Under the pieces are notes generated by a model. It had not been told where the DNA came from and made no database searches. It saw only the letters and a list, made by a program, of their open reading frames with translations. Positions 20,077 to 29,886 of a DNA stretch of 64,000 nucleotides are shown piece after piece. Positions within the stretch are counted from its first letter, which is position 1, and the number at the start of each line of letters is the position of its first letter. The stretch spans positions 384,001 to 448,000 of the forward strand of contig JAWLHY010000001.1 in the NCBI GenBank assembly GCA_041690135.1. The letters are read 5' to 3'. This DNA comes from Armatimonadota bacterium. GTDB taxonomy: Bacteria; Armatimonadota; SYMT01. Both the position numbers and the translations under genes were made by a program.

Positions 20077-21063
20077 ATGGCAACACAGAATTCTCTCGAT
20101 CTCGCTTACGACGTCTTCACGCTGGGCGAGACGATGGTCCGTTTCACCCCCAAGAACTACGAGCGATTGGAAGAGGCGCGGGAACTGGAGGTCCGCATCG
20201 GCGGCTCGGAGTCCAACGTCGTCATCGCGCTGGCCCGGCTGGGTCTGCGCACGGCCTGGGCCAGCAAGCTGCCGTTGAACTCCCTCGGCTCGCTGGTGGC
20301 CCGCCGGATCGCGAGCTTCGGCGTGGACGTGAGCGCCGTCCGCTGGGTGGAGAACTCCCGGATGGGGCTCTACTTCATCGAGCCGGCCACCGCGCCCCGC
20401 TCCTCCCTGGTGCTGTACGACCGCAGCCACTCCGCGGCCAGCACGATGGAGCCGGACGACTTCGACTGGTCTGTCCTCGACCGGGCGCGGCACGTCCACC
20501 TCTCCGGCATTACGCCGGCGCTGAGCCCGGTGGCGGCGGACACCACCGCCCGGTGCCTGCGAGAGGCGCGGGAGCGGGGCCGGACGATCTCCTTCGACGT
20601 GAACTACCGGGCCCGCCTGTGGCCCGCGGAGCTGGCGCGGGAGACCCTCACGCCGCTCATCCGCGACGTGGACCTGCTGATCTGCCCACTCGCGGACGCG
20701 CAGCACGTCTTCTGCCTGGGCGGAAATCCCGAACAGATCTCCCGGGAAATGGGCGACCTCACCACCGCTCGCTTCATCGCGCTGACTCTCGGCGGCGACG
20801 GGGCCCTGCTGTGGGACCGGGAAGAGGACCGCTGTCACCGTGCGGCGCCGTTCCCGGTGCACGCCGTCGACCGGGTCGGCGCGGGGGACGCCTTCGATGC
20901 CGGCCTCATCTGGGGCTACCTGACGGGCGACCCGTTCCGCGGCCTGGTGTATGGCATGGCCATGGCCGCCATCAAGCACACCATCCCCGGCGACGAGTTC
21001 GTCTCATCCCTCGCGGAGGTGGAAGCCCTGCTGGAATCCGGCCACCGAGATATCCAACGATAG
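20077..21063 (+). CDS. kdgK: PfkB-family sugar kinase, 2-dehydro-3-deoxygluconokinase-like
   Basis: GGSESNV, SFDVNYR and DRVGAGDAFDAG motifs. Confidence 0.85.
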   Translation: MATQNSLDLAYDVFTLGETMVRFTPKNYERLEEARELEVRIGGSESNVVIALARLGLRTAWASKLPLNSLGSLVARRIASFGVDVSAVRWVENSRMGLYFIEPATAPRSSLVLYDRSHSAASTMEPDDFDWSVLDRARHVHLSGITPALSPVAADTTARCLREARERGRTISFDVNYRARLWPAELARETLTPLIRDVDLLICPLADAQHVFCLGGNPEQISREMGDLTTARFIALTLGGDGALLWDREEDRCHRAAPFPVHAVDRVGAGDAFDAGLIWGYLTGDPFRGLVYGMAMAAIKHTIPGDEFVSSLAEVEALLESGHRDIQR

Positions 21064-21157
21064 CCTCTGGGGTTTGCAGAGGCAGCCGCCGGGATTGGCA
21101 GAGGCAGCTAACGTCTGGCGGGCTGAATGGGAGAAAGGGGGAACGGGAGAATGGGAG

Positions 21158-21422
21158 CCGCAGTCACGGAACCTGATCCCGTTTCGCCAAACCGAACCGG
21201 CCCAGAACCCGGGCAGCCAGAATTTGGCACGAGGGGTTCAGCCCCAATACGGAGGAACGCTGCGGCGAGACGTTCCCTACAGTGCGTTGCCCCGATGCGA
21301 CCCTTCCCCTGCGTGTGATACGGTGTCGCCTTTGCCTCCGCACTGTAGGGAATGCGACGTACACCCGGCGAAGCATTGGGCCGCTCCATTCCGCAGTCAT
21401 GGAACCTGAACCCGTTCGGCCA
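21158..21422. repeat. Partial copies of the GTAGGGA REPIN/MITE-like element seen at 125-313
   Basis: GTACACCCGGCGAAGCATTGGGCCG at 21359 matches 139-163; 21158-21200 is the reverse complement of ~227-268. Confidence 0.7.
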
Positions 21423-21507
21423 GGCCGTGGGAAGCCCCAGCTCACAATCAACACCGCAGTCAAGCTTTGACTGAAAGTGGACCGGCCAAAGGCGTCCCCG
21501 TAGCCCC

Positions 21508-22083
21508 TTAGGACCTGCGGCCGCGTGAACTCGCCCGGCCGCCCTTGACGCCGGCCGCGAGGCTGCGGGTGGGCGCGGTGAGCGGACGGAGGGAAAGCAG
21601 CGAAGGGATGTGGTTATCGCTGCTGACCTCCGCGATCTTGCGCAGCCGCTCCATCTCCTTCTCCAGGTCGAGCGTCTCCAGGCTGTCCTGATCCACCAGG
21701 TTCACGATCCGCTCCGCCAGGCGGATGGCGGCGAGGACGAGAAGCTCGTTCTCGTATTCCACATGGACATGGAAGGTGCCGCGGGGATCGACCCGCCAGT
21801 TCCACTGCGTTTCCCCCTTGAGGATCTCGTGGTGCTGGGCCTGGGCCTGGAGCTCGATGATGAGGTGCTCGAGGAGGTGGGGCACCTCGGTCGCCATTGC
21901 CTCTCGCTTGAACGAGTAGTTATTCCCGTTGTGGCACGTGTGGTGGGCCAGGTGGGGGAACAAGCGGAAGAGACTGCGGGGAATATGGGGTGCGCACTCG
22001 GTGGTGCAGCGGTCCGGATCGGGCATCTCGACGACGAGCTTGACTTTGTTGGCGCCGTAGAAGAGGATCTCGACGATGCGCAT
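21508..22083 (-). CDS. Stand-alone cyanophycin synthetase N-terminal-like domain protein (putative Zn metallopeptidase)
   Basis: FPHLAHHTC...F.RE...TEVPHLLEHLIIELQ...GET...GTFHVHVEYENE resembles the CphA1 N-domain; C-x18-HxxEH motif. Confidence 0.75.
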   Translation of the reverse strand: MRIVEILFYGANKVKLVVEMPDPDRCTTECAPHIPRSLFRLFPHLAHHTCHNGNNYSFKREAMATEVPHLLEHLIIELQAQAQHHEILKGETQWNWRVDPRGTFHVHVEYENELLVLAAIRLAERIVNLVDQDSLETLDLEKEMERLRKIAEVSSDNHIPSLLSLRPLTAPTRSLAAGVKGGRASSRGRRS

Positions 22084-22340
22084 TCTCCCACTCCGCAAGA
22101 GAGAGGCGGGGCTGTACAGCCCGGTTTACAACGGGGTTCCCGGCGCAGCGGGGAGGGGCCAGTGGCGCCCATCATAGCACCGGGGTAGGGCAGTGTAAAG
22201 CAAGCGCTATTCCGCCCACAGTCCATTATCGGACCCGATGGCGCGGGACTTCAGTCGCGGAGTTCGGAAACGTAATTGTCGCGACCTCCGTTACTCCCGA
22301 GTGTCAATTCCCGTTACAATCAACGAGGAGGGACAGCGTC

Positions 22341-22535
22341 ATGGCGGGAATCGACGAGGAAACGAAGCGCCGGATCGACCAATGGATCCGCGAAAACGGC
22401 CGGAACGAGTTCGGAGACGATCCCGGCACGGCCTACGCCGGCGGTACGCCGCTGTTCAACGAGATGACCGGCCGGCGCCTGGATAAGTACGAGTACATCC
22501 TGAAGCGCCATCCCGAATTACGTAGCCGGAGGTAG
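22341..22535 (+). CDS. Small hypothetical protein, 64 aa
   Basis: GAGGAGG RBS, strong GC3 bias, 3 nt upstream of the S8 gene; YAGGTPLFNE.TG motif. Confidence 0.75.
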   Translation: MAGIDEETKRRIDQWIRENGRNEFGDDPGTAYAGGTPLFNEMTGRRLDKYEYILKRHPELRSRR

Positions 22536-22538
22536 GCG

Positions 22539-24242
22539 ATGAGACATTTGGTCAAGCTGGTAATGGCCGTGGCCCTGCTCGGGACGGGCTGGCCGCTGGT
22601 CCGCCCCTGGATCCCCTCGGGGCCGCTCCCGGCCGCCGTACCCGCGGCAGGTACTTCCGCCGTGGTGCCGGGCCAGATCGTGGTCGACGCCCGCGACAGC
22701 CTCTCCGACGCGGACCTCGACGCGCTCGACCGCAAGTACGGGGTCGACTTCCGCCTCAACAGCGTCCACGCGGATGACGAGAACCTCCTCATCGCCGACG
22801 TGACCCCCGGCACCGAGGCCGCCCTGCTGGAGCGCCTGCGGAAGGACCCGGCGGTCGAGGCGGCGGAGCCGATGCACCGCTACTCGATCAACTGGACCCC
22901 CAACGATCCCCGTTTCAAGGAGCAGTGGAACCTGAAGCTGATCGGCGCCGAGAAGGCCTGGGACAAGACCCGCGGCAAGGGCGTGGTCGTGGCGGTGATC
23001 GATACCGGCGTCGCCTTCGAGAACGACGACAAGTGCTACCGCGCCCGCGACTTCGGCGAGACGAAGTTCACGAAGGGCTACGATTTCGTCAACGACGACG
23101 AGCACCCCAACGACGACCACGGGCACGGCACGCATGTCTCGGGGACCATCGCCGAAACCACCAACAATGCGGAAGGCGTGGCGGGCCTGGCGTTCGAAGC
23201 CACGATCATGCCGATCAAGGTACTCAACGAGTTCGGCGGGGGGACCTCGGCCGATATCGCCGACGCCATCCGCTGGGCGGCGGACAACGGCGCCCACATC
23301 ATCAACATGAGCCTGGGCGGCTCCATGCCGGACATGGCGATGCGGATGGCCTGCCGCTACGCCGCCAAGAAAGGCGTGCTCATCGTGTGCGCCGCGGGCA
23401 ACAGCGGCGGCGGCCCCGTGGGCTACCCGGCCGCCTTCCCGGAATGCTTCGCGGTGTCCGCGGTCGGCCCGTCCGGTAAGCTCGCCCGCTACTCTTCCGT
23501 CGGCAAGCAGGTCGGCATCGCGGCGCCCGGCGGCGATAAGAGCACCGGCGAGAACGACGGCATCCTCCAGAACACGGTGCTGTTCGACACCGGCCAGCGG
23601 GAAGACGACTACTTCTCCTTCCAGGGAACGTCGATGGCCAGCCCGCACGTCGCCGCGGCGGCCGCCCTCGCGATGTCGATGGGCGTGAAGGACGCGGCGG
23701 AGGTGAAGCAGCTCCTCCAGCGCGCCGCCACCCCGCAGAAGCCCGCCGAGCATTACGGCGCCGGGGTATTGAACGCGGAGAAGACGGTCGCCCTCGCCGA
23801 GGATGCCCGCCGCGATTCCTTCTGGAAGCTGATCTTCTCGCTGGCGGTCGGCCTCGCTGGGCTGGGCGTGGGCGCGGTCCGCGGCCGCGTGGGAGGGTTG
23901 CTCCGCTTCCCGTTCGCGCCGCTGGGGCTGCTGCTCGGCTTCTGGGGCCCGGACCTGGTGTTCCACTGGATCGGCTTCGGCTCGCCGTTCAACATCCTGC
24001 TCCACAGCGCCCTGATCCCGCTCTACCTGCTGTGGGAAGCGGAGAGCAAGCCGGTCTACCGCTTCGTGGGGACCATCTCCCTCGGGGTGGCGCTCCACCT
24101 GGCCTGGGACGCCTGGCAGGCCCACGCCCCATTCGTGGGCGTCCTGCCGATGCACGCCGCGCCCTGGCTCTACGTCAACGCTGCCGTCGGCGTGGGCGTG
24201 GCCCTCGTAGCCTGGGCCCGCTCCTTCCGAGCAGCGGACTGA
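22539..24242 (+). CDS. S8 serine peptidase with C-terminal multi-TM membrane domain (DUF5942-like)
   Basis: VIDTG, HGHGTHVSG, GTSMASPHV triad; prodomain; ~4-5 hydrophobic helices at the C-terminus. Confidence 0.92.
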   Translation: MRHLVKLVMAVALLGTGWPLVRPWIPSGPLPAAVPAAGTSAVVPGQIVVDARDSLSDADLDALDRKYGVDFRLNSVHADDENLLIADVTPGTEAALLERLRKDPAVEAAEPMHRYSINWTPNDPRFKEQWNLKLIGAEKAWDKTRGKGVVVAVIDTGVAFENDDKCYRARDFGETKFTKGYDFVNDDEHPNDDHGHGTHVSGTIAETTNNAEGVAGLAFEATIMPIKVLNEFGGGTSADIADAIRWAADNGAHIINMSLGGSMPDMAMRMACRYAAKKGVLIVCAAGNSGGGPVGYPAAFPECFAVSAVGPSGKLARYSSVGKQVGIAAPGGDKSTGENDGILQNTVLFDTGQREDDYFSFQGTSMASPHVAAAAALAMSMGVKDAAEVKQLLQRAATPQKPAEHYGAGVLNAEKTVALAEDARRDSFWKLIFSLAVGLAGLGVGAVRGRVGGLLRFPFAPLGLLLGFWGPDLVFHWIGFGSPFNILLHSALIPLYLLWEAESKPVYRFVGTISLGVALHLAWDAWQAHAPFVGVLPMHAAPWLYVNAAVGVGVALVAWARSFRAAD

Positions 24243-24255
24243 TCCGGACGAGAAT

Positions 24256-24580
24256 CTCTCGCAAAGACGCAAAGACGCAAAGGGAAGACAGACGTGCGGT
24301 ATTCCTGACGGCCTGCACGGATGTCACACTGGAAGAGCGCGGGCCGGATACGGAGACACTCTGAAGCTCCGGCTCGCGCTCGGTTTCCCGGCGACACGCG
24401 GGCCGTTGAGATCCGATAAGCGTCCTTCTGTCCCTATGCAAACGGCGGTACCGTGCCTGGCTCCGCTCCCGTCCACAGACTTCGACAGTCGCTAACACCC
24501 GATATTCGCGTTGCCCGATACTCTTGAATTCCTTCTTCGCGTCTTTGCGCACCCCTTTGGGGCGTAAACCTTTGCGAGAG
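24256..24580. repeat. Inverted pair of (CGCAAAGA)n REP-like repeats flanking ~240 bp
   Basis: CTCTCGCAAAGACGCAAAGACGCAAAG at 24256 and GCGTCTTTGCG...CTTTGCGAGAG ending at 24580. Confidence 0.6.
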
Positions 24581-24719
24581 CTAAGTTCCCTTCCCATCGC
24601 CCCCCGTGGAGGGTAGACGCGCACGGCTGACGAACACCCCTGTGGTACATTCCCTTGCCGGGTGAAGTGGCCCCACGGCCGGCGGCGAGGGTGCAAACAA
24701 TTCCCACGAGGAGTCCCGA

Positions 24720-25841
24720 ATGAAATCGAAGGCCGCCATTTTTACCGAGATTGGCAAGCCGCTCATCGTCGACGAGATCGAGGTGGACGATCCCGGTCCC
24801 GGCGAATGTTTGGTGAAGCTGGATGCGACCGGCCTGTGCCACACCGAAATCTGGTACATGGGCGGGGGAGACCAGGTCGACTACAACGCACTTTCGCCGC
24901 GCATCCTGGGTCACGAGGGCGGCGGCGTGGTGGTGAAGAAGGGTGCCGGCGTCACCTCCCTGGAGGAGGGCGACCACGTCATCCCGCTCTACATCTCCGA
25001 GTGCGGGACCTGCTATGAGTGCAAGGACCCGAACCAGAACCTTTGCAGCTACCTGGACGACAAGGGCTACTACGAAGGCGTGATGCCTACGGGCCAGCCC
25101 CGGTTCCGCTGGCAGGATAAGCCCGCCTACCACTTCATGGGCACCTCCACCTTCTCCCAGTACACCGTGGTGCCCGAGGTCGCGCTGGCGAAGATCCGCA
25201 AGGACGCCCCGCTCGACCGCGTCTGCCTCCTGGGCTGCGCCATCACCACCGGCGTCGGCGCCGTCCTCTGGACCGCCAAGGCGCCTGTCGGCTCGACCAT
25301 TGCCGTTTTCGGCTGCGGCCCCATTGGCCTGAACGTGGTCCAGGGCGCGAAGCTGGCCCTTGCCAGCAAGATCATCGCCGTGGACCTGAAGCCGGAGCGC
25401 CTGGAAATGGCGAAGCAGCTTGGAGCCACCCACCTGATCAACGCCGCGGAGCACGGCGGCTCCGGCGTGGCGGCGGTGAAGGAGCTCACGGGCGGCGGCG
25501 CCGACTTCACCTTCGAGGCCACCGGCAACACCAACGTGATGCGCCAGGCCTTCGAGGCGGTCCGCTACGGCGGCGGCAAGTGCGTACTCATCGGCGTGGC
25601 CAAGACCGGCGAGATGATGTCGATCATTCCCCGGACCGCCATCGCCGGCCGTCAGCTCACCGGCACCGCCTTCGGCGGCTGCAAGGGCCGCACCCAGCTC
25701 CCGTGGCTGGTGGACTGGTACATGGACGGCCGCCTGAAGATCGACGAGATGGTGACCAAAGAGATCCCGCTCGAAAAGATCAACGACGCCTTCGACTGGA
25801 TGCGCCAGGACCAGGGCTACCGGTACATCGTCAAGTACTAA
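24720..25841 (+). CDS. Zn-dependent alcohol dehydrogenase, class III (formaldehyde dehydrogenase-like)
   Basis: GLCHT, GHEGGG, structural CxxCxxC-x7-C, HFMGTSTFSQYTV, GCGPIG, GTAFGG. Confidence 0.92.
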   Translation: MKSKAAIFTEIGKPLIVDEIEVDDPGPGECLVKLDATGLCHTEIWYMGGGDQVDYNALSPRILGHEGGGVVVKKGAGVTSLEEGDHVIPLYISECGTCYECKDPNQNLCSYLDDKGYYEGVMPTGQPRFRWQDKPAYHFMGTSTFSQYTVVPEVALAKIRKDAPLDRVCLLGCAITTGVGAVLWTAKAPVGSTIAVFGCGPIGLNVVQGAKLALASKIIAVDLKPERLEMAKQLGATHLINAAEHGGSGVAAVKELTGGGADFTFEATGNTNVMRQAFEAVRYGGGKCVLIGVAKTGEMMSIIPRTAIAGRQLTGTAFGGCKGRTQLPWLVDWYMDGRLKIDEMVTKEIPLEKINDAFDWMRQDQGYRYIVKY

Positions 25842-25865
25842 CTCCGGATCGCTGTTTGGCTGACC

Positions 25866-25902
25866 GAAGGGGTGGGGAGGCAGTGCCTCCTCACCCCTTC
25901 TT
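25866..25902. terminator. Hairpin terminator between convergent genes
   Basis: GAAGGGGTGGGGAGGC-AGT-GCCTCCTCACCCCTTC. Confidence 0.65.
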
Positions 25903-25931
25903 AACTTCCGGCGGACCCTGCACGAGCCCGG

Positions 25932-26357
25932 CTACTTTTCGGCATCCGCTTCGAGCGAGCCGTGGCCTCCCGCGCGGCCCGCCCACCCCTGGAGTGGCTG
26001 GAGTTGTCTTAATCGCTCCGGCGTAGTGGCCAGGCGTTCCAGGCGCACCAGCAGGGCTTCGATCTCCAGCGTGTTGGCGCCGTAGAGCACCGGGTCGGGG
26101 TTCTCCTGGTCCCGTGCGTGTACGTGCTGGCGGTCGCGCAGCAGCAGGAGTGCCAGCAGGAGCTTTCGGTTAGCCTCCCAGTCTTCCGGATGCTCCAGTA
26201 CCGCCGCGCGTGCGGAATCGGCGGCAGCCTGCGCCTTTACCATCACCATGTTGCTCGCGGGTGAGTAGGGGGGGCGGGACGGCAGTGTCCACACTCGTAT
26301 CAGGGTTCCTACCCCCAACACACATACAGCCATTCCCAGAAACCAGGCCCGGTGCAT
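25932..26357 (-). CDS. Hypothetical protein with N-terminal TM/signal segment
   Basis: GGAGG RBS, hydrophobic N-terminus, helical body. Confidence 0.55.
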   Translation of the reverse strand: MHRAWFLGMAVCVLGVGTLIRVWTLPSRPPYSPASNMVMVKAQAAADSARAAVLEHPEDWEANRKLLLALLLLRDRQHVHARDQENPDPVLYGANTLEIEALLVRLERLATTPERLRQLQPLQGWAGRAGGHGSLEADAEK

Positions 26358-26579
26358 CTGTGTGCCCTCCGAGTCTGTTAGGACGAACCGCCGAGCTTTT
26401 GGTTACGCGTAGCAGAGACTCACGTGCCAGACGTTCCGCGGAGGGGCGCATAGTAAGGGAGTGGGGTGAGGTGGGGAGCGAGGCGAGAGGGCCGCAGACC
26501 CTCTCTTGATGCCGTTCTCGGGAACATCTCGCCTCGACGGGTATAATCATTTCAACGTTCATTCACTCCGGGAGAAGCG

Positions 26580-27452
26580 ATGCTGCGCCTGAAAGACATT
26601 CCGCCGGAAGAGATGCCCGAAGTCGTGCGGGTCGCCAACGAGCTGTACGAGAAGGACCGCCGTCGCGCGGAGCAGGACCAGGAGCGCCGCAACTACGTGG
26701 ATGCCGCCGAAGAGCTCGGCGTACCCCCGGAGTACATGGAGCAAGCCGCGCAGGAGCTGCACCGCCGCCGCGTGGCGGAAGCCGAGGTTAAGAACCGGAG
26801 TAAGGTCTGGAAGTCGGTCGCCATCGGCGGGGGAGTGGGGGTGCTCACCGTCTTCCTGATGATGGGGATGTTCACCGTGCGGAGCGTCGAGACCGTGCCG
26901 GCTACGCCGGTTCAGCAGGTGGCGCAGGCACAGCCGGAGTTCCTCACCCAGGTAGCCCCCGAGACCTTCGATGCCGGCGCCGCCAACCGATGGACCTTCA
27001 CGATGAACCCGTCCACGCGGGCCACCACCACTTTTGAGGAGGAGGAGGGCCTGAGGCGTGGCGTCGCCGTGATCCGGGTGGAGCAGTTCGGCACGACCGG
27101 CGGACCCCACCGCGCCAACTTCGAGAGCATCCAAACCCCTCCCAGCCTGGCCGGGAAGAAGGAAATCCAGTTTGACCTGCGGGGCCAGGGATTAAAGAAC
27201 ATCCGGGTCTACCTGGAACGCGGCCAGAACGAGCGGTGGCGCTCGCCGGAATTGAAGATTCCCTCCGGCTGGCAATCGGTCCGCGTGCCGCTGGGCAACT
27301 TCCAGCACCAGGTCCACTCTGGAGGTCGCTGGCGCACCCGGGGCCGGGTACGTCCGGACCAGATCGACCGCGTCTCCTTCAAGCTGGGCGACTTCATGAA
27401 TGAGCCCAGTGCGAAGGGCGAGGTCCGGCTCGACAACGTCCGGTTCGAATGA
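26580..27452 (+). CDS. Single-pass membrane protein: N-terminal helical domain, TM, C-terminal CIA30/CBM11-like beta-sandwich
   Basis: AAEELGVPPEY helical N-terminus, TM GGGVGVLTVFLMMGMF, I.FDLRG.G...W.SVRVPL..F...LDNVRF; stop overlaps next ATG. Confidence 0.75.
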   Translation: MLRLKDIPPEEMPEVVRVANELYEKDRRRAEQDQERRNYVDAAEELGVPPEYMEQAAQELHRRRVAEAEVKNRSKVWKSVAIGGGVGVLTVFLMMGMFTVRSVETVPATPVQQVAQAQPEFLTQVAPETFDAGAANRWTFTMNPSTRATTTFEEEEGLRRGVAVIRVEQFGTTGGPHRANFESIQTPPSLAGKKEIQFDLRGQGLKNIRVYLERGQNERWRSPELKIPSGWQSVRVPLGNFQHQVHSGGRWRTRGRVRPDQIDRVSFKLGDFMNEPSAKGEVRLDNVRFE

Positions 27453-29086
27453 GCCGGATCCGCTCTTCTGAGTGGGTCGCCCGCGTGGGCCCTGGAGACG
27501 GCCGAGCCCGCCTGGAGGCGGCTCTCGGTCCGGCGAGTGAGCTCCACTGCGGTCCCGGCTGGACCCTCGGACTCCGGACAGGCCCCGGAGAGCCCTGCCG
27601 GATAGGGGAAGTAGAGAGTGGTTTCGAGGTCCGCCTGGGCTACCCGGCGTGGTCGGGGAGTAATGTCCGGACCGACTCTACCGTTCCCGCTCTCCAGGCC
27701 CAGGGAGATCCGTTCGGGCTGTGCCCCGTCTACTATCGGTCCGCGGGCGGGGCGGGGGAGTGCGGCTCGTCGCTGGCGGTACTGCGGGCGGGAGACCGGA
27801 GTGCCTCCGCGCTGGACCCGGCGGCGCTGCACGGTTACCTCTGCTTCTCGCACGTGCCGGCGCCGCTCACACTGTTCGCGGGGTGCCGGACCGTGCCGGC
27901 CGGGGACCTCCTGCGGCTCACTCCCGGCGGCGTGGAGTTGGAGAGCGTTCCTCGCTGGACGGAGCGCGAGCCCCGGACCGCCGACCTCCCCGTCCTGGCG
28001 GCAGAGCTCCGGGAGCACCTGCGGAGGGCGGTCCGGCAGCAGTTGGGGGAAGAACGCGAGGCGGCGGTTTTCCTCTCGGGCGGTCTGGACAGCAGCCTGG
28101 TCGCGGCGCTCCTCGTGGAAGCCGGGATCCGGGTTCATCTCTTCACGCTCGACTTCGGTCCCCCGTGGGATGCGGAGCTGCCCCTGGCGCGGCAGGTGGC
28201 GGAGCACCTCGGTCGACCGCTGCATGGGGTCCCCGCTCGCGGGAAGGAGATCGCCGGCGCCCTGGAGCCGACCGCCGCCGCGCTGGAGCAGCCGTTCGGG
28301 GATGCGGTCACCGTGCCGCTCTACCTCCTCGGTCGAGCCGCCGCGCAGCACTGCTTTCTGGCGTTCAATGGGGAGGGTGGGGATCAGCTCTTCGGCGGCT
28401 GGACCAACAAGCCAATGATCGCGGCGGAGCTGTACGCCGGAGAGGGCTACGACCGCGTCGGCGCCTACCTGCAAACCTACCACCGCTTCTGGGGACGGAC
28501 GGAATCCCTTTACACCCGCCCCACGCGAGAGCGGGCCGCGCGCTGCGATCCGGCGGAGTGGGTGCGTCCGGCGCTGGAGGCTCCCGGATTCCGCTGCCTG
28601 CTGCACCGCCTGCGCGCGGCGAATCTGTGGCTGAAGGGGGCCCAGAACATCGCGCCGCGTTCCGTCCAACTCGCCGCCGTTCACGGCCTGCGCCTCCGGT
28701 CCCCCTTCTTCGATCCCGCTTTGACGGAGTGGACCTTTTCCCTGCCGCCGGAGGTGTTCTTGCAAGGCGCGTGTGAAAAGTACCTCCTGAAACGCGTGGC
28801 CGAGGCCTATCTTCCGGAGGAGGTCGTCTGGCGGGAGAAGCGCGGGATGGGCGTCCCCGCCTCGGACTGGTGCCTGGGACCCCTCAAGCGGCAGGTCGGA
28901 CACTACCTGCACCCGCGCCGCTTGAAGCGGGACGGCCTGTTCGAGCCGGCGTTCGTGGAAGCGCTCCGCCGCGGGCAGGATCAACCCGGCGAGTTCCGCT
29001 CGCGCCGCCTGGGCGAAAAGCTGTGGCTCCTGCTGATGCTGCACGCATGGGTCGAAGTGCACGGGATCCCCCTGGCGTTGCCTTGA
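27449..29086 (+). CDS. Asparagine synthetase B-like ATP-dependent amide ligase lacking the N-terminal catalytic Cys
   Basis: LSGGLDSS PP-loop, GEGGDQLFGG, RSPFFD, KYLLK, REKRGM; degenerate Ntn domain. Confidence 0.88.
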   Translation: MSRIRSSEWVARVGPGDGRARLEAALGPASELHCGPGWTLGLRTGPGEPCRIGEVESGFEVRLGYPAWSGSNVRTDSTVPALQAQGDPFGLCPVYYRSAGGAGECGSSLAVLRAGDRSASALDPAALHGYLCFSHVPAPLTLFAGCRTVPAGDLLRLTPGGVELESVPRWTEREPRTADLPVLAAELREHLRRAVRQQLGEEREAAVFLSGGLDSSLVAALLVEAGIRVHLFTLDFGPPWDAELPLARQVAEHLGRPLHGVPARGKEIAGALEPTAAALEQPFGDAVTVPLYLLGRAAAQHCFLAFNGEGGDQLFGGWTNKPMIAAELYAGEGYDRVGAYLQTYHRFWGRTESLYTRPTRERAARCDPAEWVRPALEAPGFRCLLHRLRAANLWLKGAQNIAPRSVQLAAVHGLRLRSPFFDPALTEWTFSLPPEVFLQGACEKYLLKRVAEAYLPEEVVWREKRGMGVPASDWCLGPLKRQVGHYLHPRRLKRDGLFEPAFVEALRRGQDQPGEFRSRRLGEKLWLLLMLHAWVEVHGIPLALP

Positions 29087-29295
29087 GAGAGGAAGCATTC
29101 ATGCCCGCGAGCTTGCCCGTATGGGAACACACTGAAAGGCGCGGAAGAAGGCGAGCAATGCCCAAGTCTGCGGGTTTCCCGAGTGGAGCAAGGCACTTAC
29201 GCTGGTAAATCAATATCGTGGGAGTTTACGGAGGTAGAAACGCAGATGAGAAAATCGGGAATGTTTCGCGTTTTTCGCACTTTCGCGATTTCGTG

Positions 29296-29781
29296 ATGGC
29301 CCGCGCAGCGGTCGAGTCGGAAGCGGCCGAATTGGCTCCGCCGACACCTGTAAGGGCGGCTGAGAAGGCTGCGAGGCAAGATGCCGGGCAGGCTTTAGAC
29401 ACTGCCCGTGCGCTCGACCGTGCCCGGTACATCATCCGGGGCCGCTGGTACCGGGAGCGAATGGCAGCCGCCATGGCCATCCATGCGCGCATCAAATTGG
29501 TGACGAGTTGTATCCTGGGAGCGGGGATCCTGGCAACGATTTCCATCCCAGTGACCGTACCGGACTACGTTTTCCTAATTGCCCAGTATGTAGTTTGGAT
29601 CCCCTTGCTGTTCTTCGTGGCAGCGGTGCTGGCTGATCGCCTGGCTCGGATCTTGACGAAGGCTGCCGTCCGGCGCGTTCGAAACGCCGCGAGGAGTGAA
29701 GGTTTTGATATCGATAATCATGCCACCTATCCCTGGGAACGGGATGCCGCGAGAAGTAAGTGGATCGATTCCGGCTTTTGA
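29296..29781 (+). CDS. Hypothetical 2-TM membrane protein (lower GC, probable insertion)
   Basis: Two hydrophobic helices; atypical codon usage; flanked by short repeats. Confidence 0.55.
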   Translation: MARAAVESEAAELAPPTPVRAAEKAARQDAGQALDTARALDRARYIIRGRWYRERMAAAMAIHARIKLVTSCILGAGILATISIPVTVPDYVFLIAQYVVWIPLLFFVAAVLADRLARILTKAAVRRVRNAARSEGFDIDNHATYPWERDAARSKWIDSGF

Positions 29782-29886
29782 ACGACTGATAATTCATCAC
29801 GGAGTGCTGATTGCCCACCCAATTGATCTGACCACCGGCGGGCGAGACGCCCGCGCTCCTAAAGCCCAACACCCGAACTCCTGACC

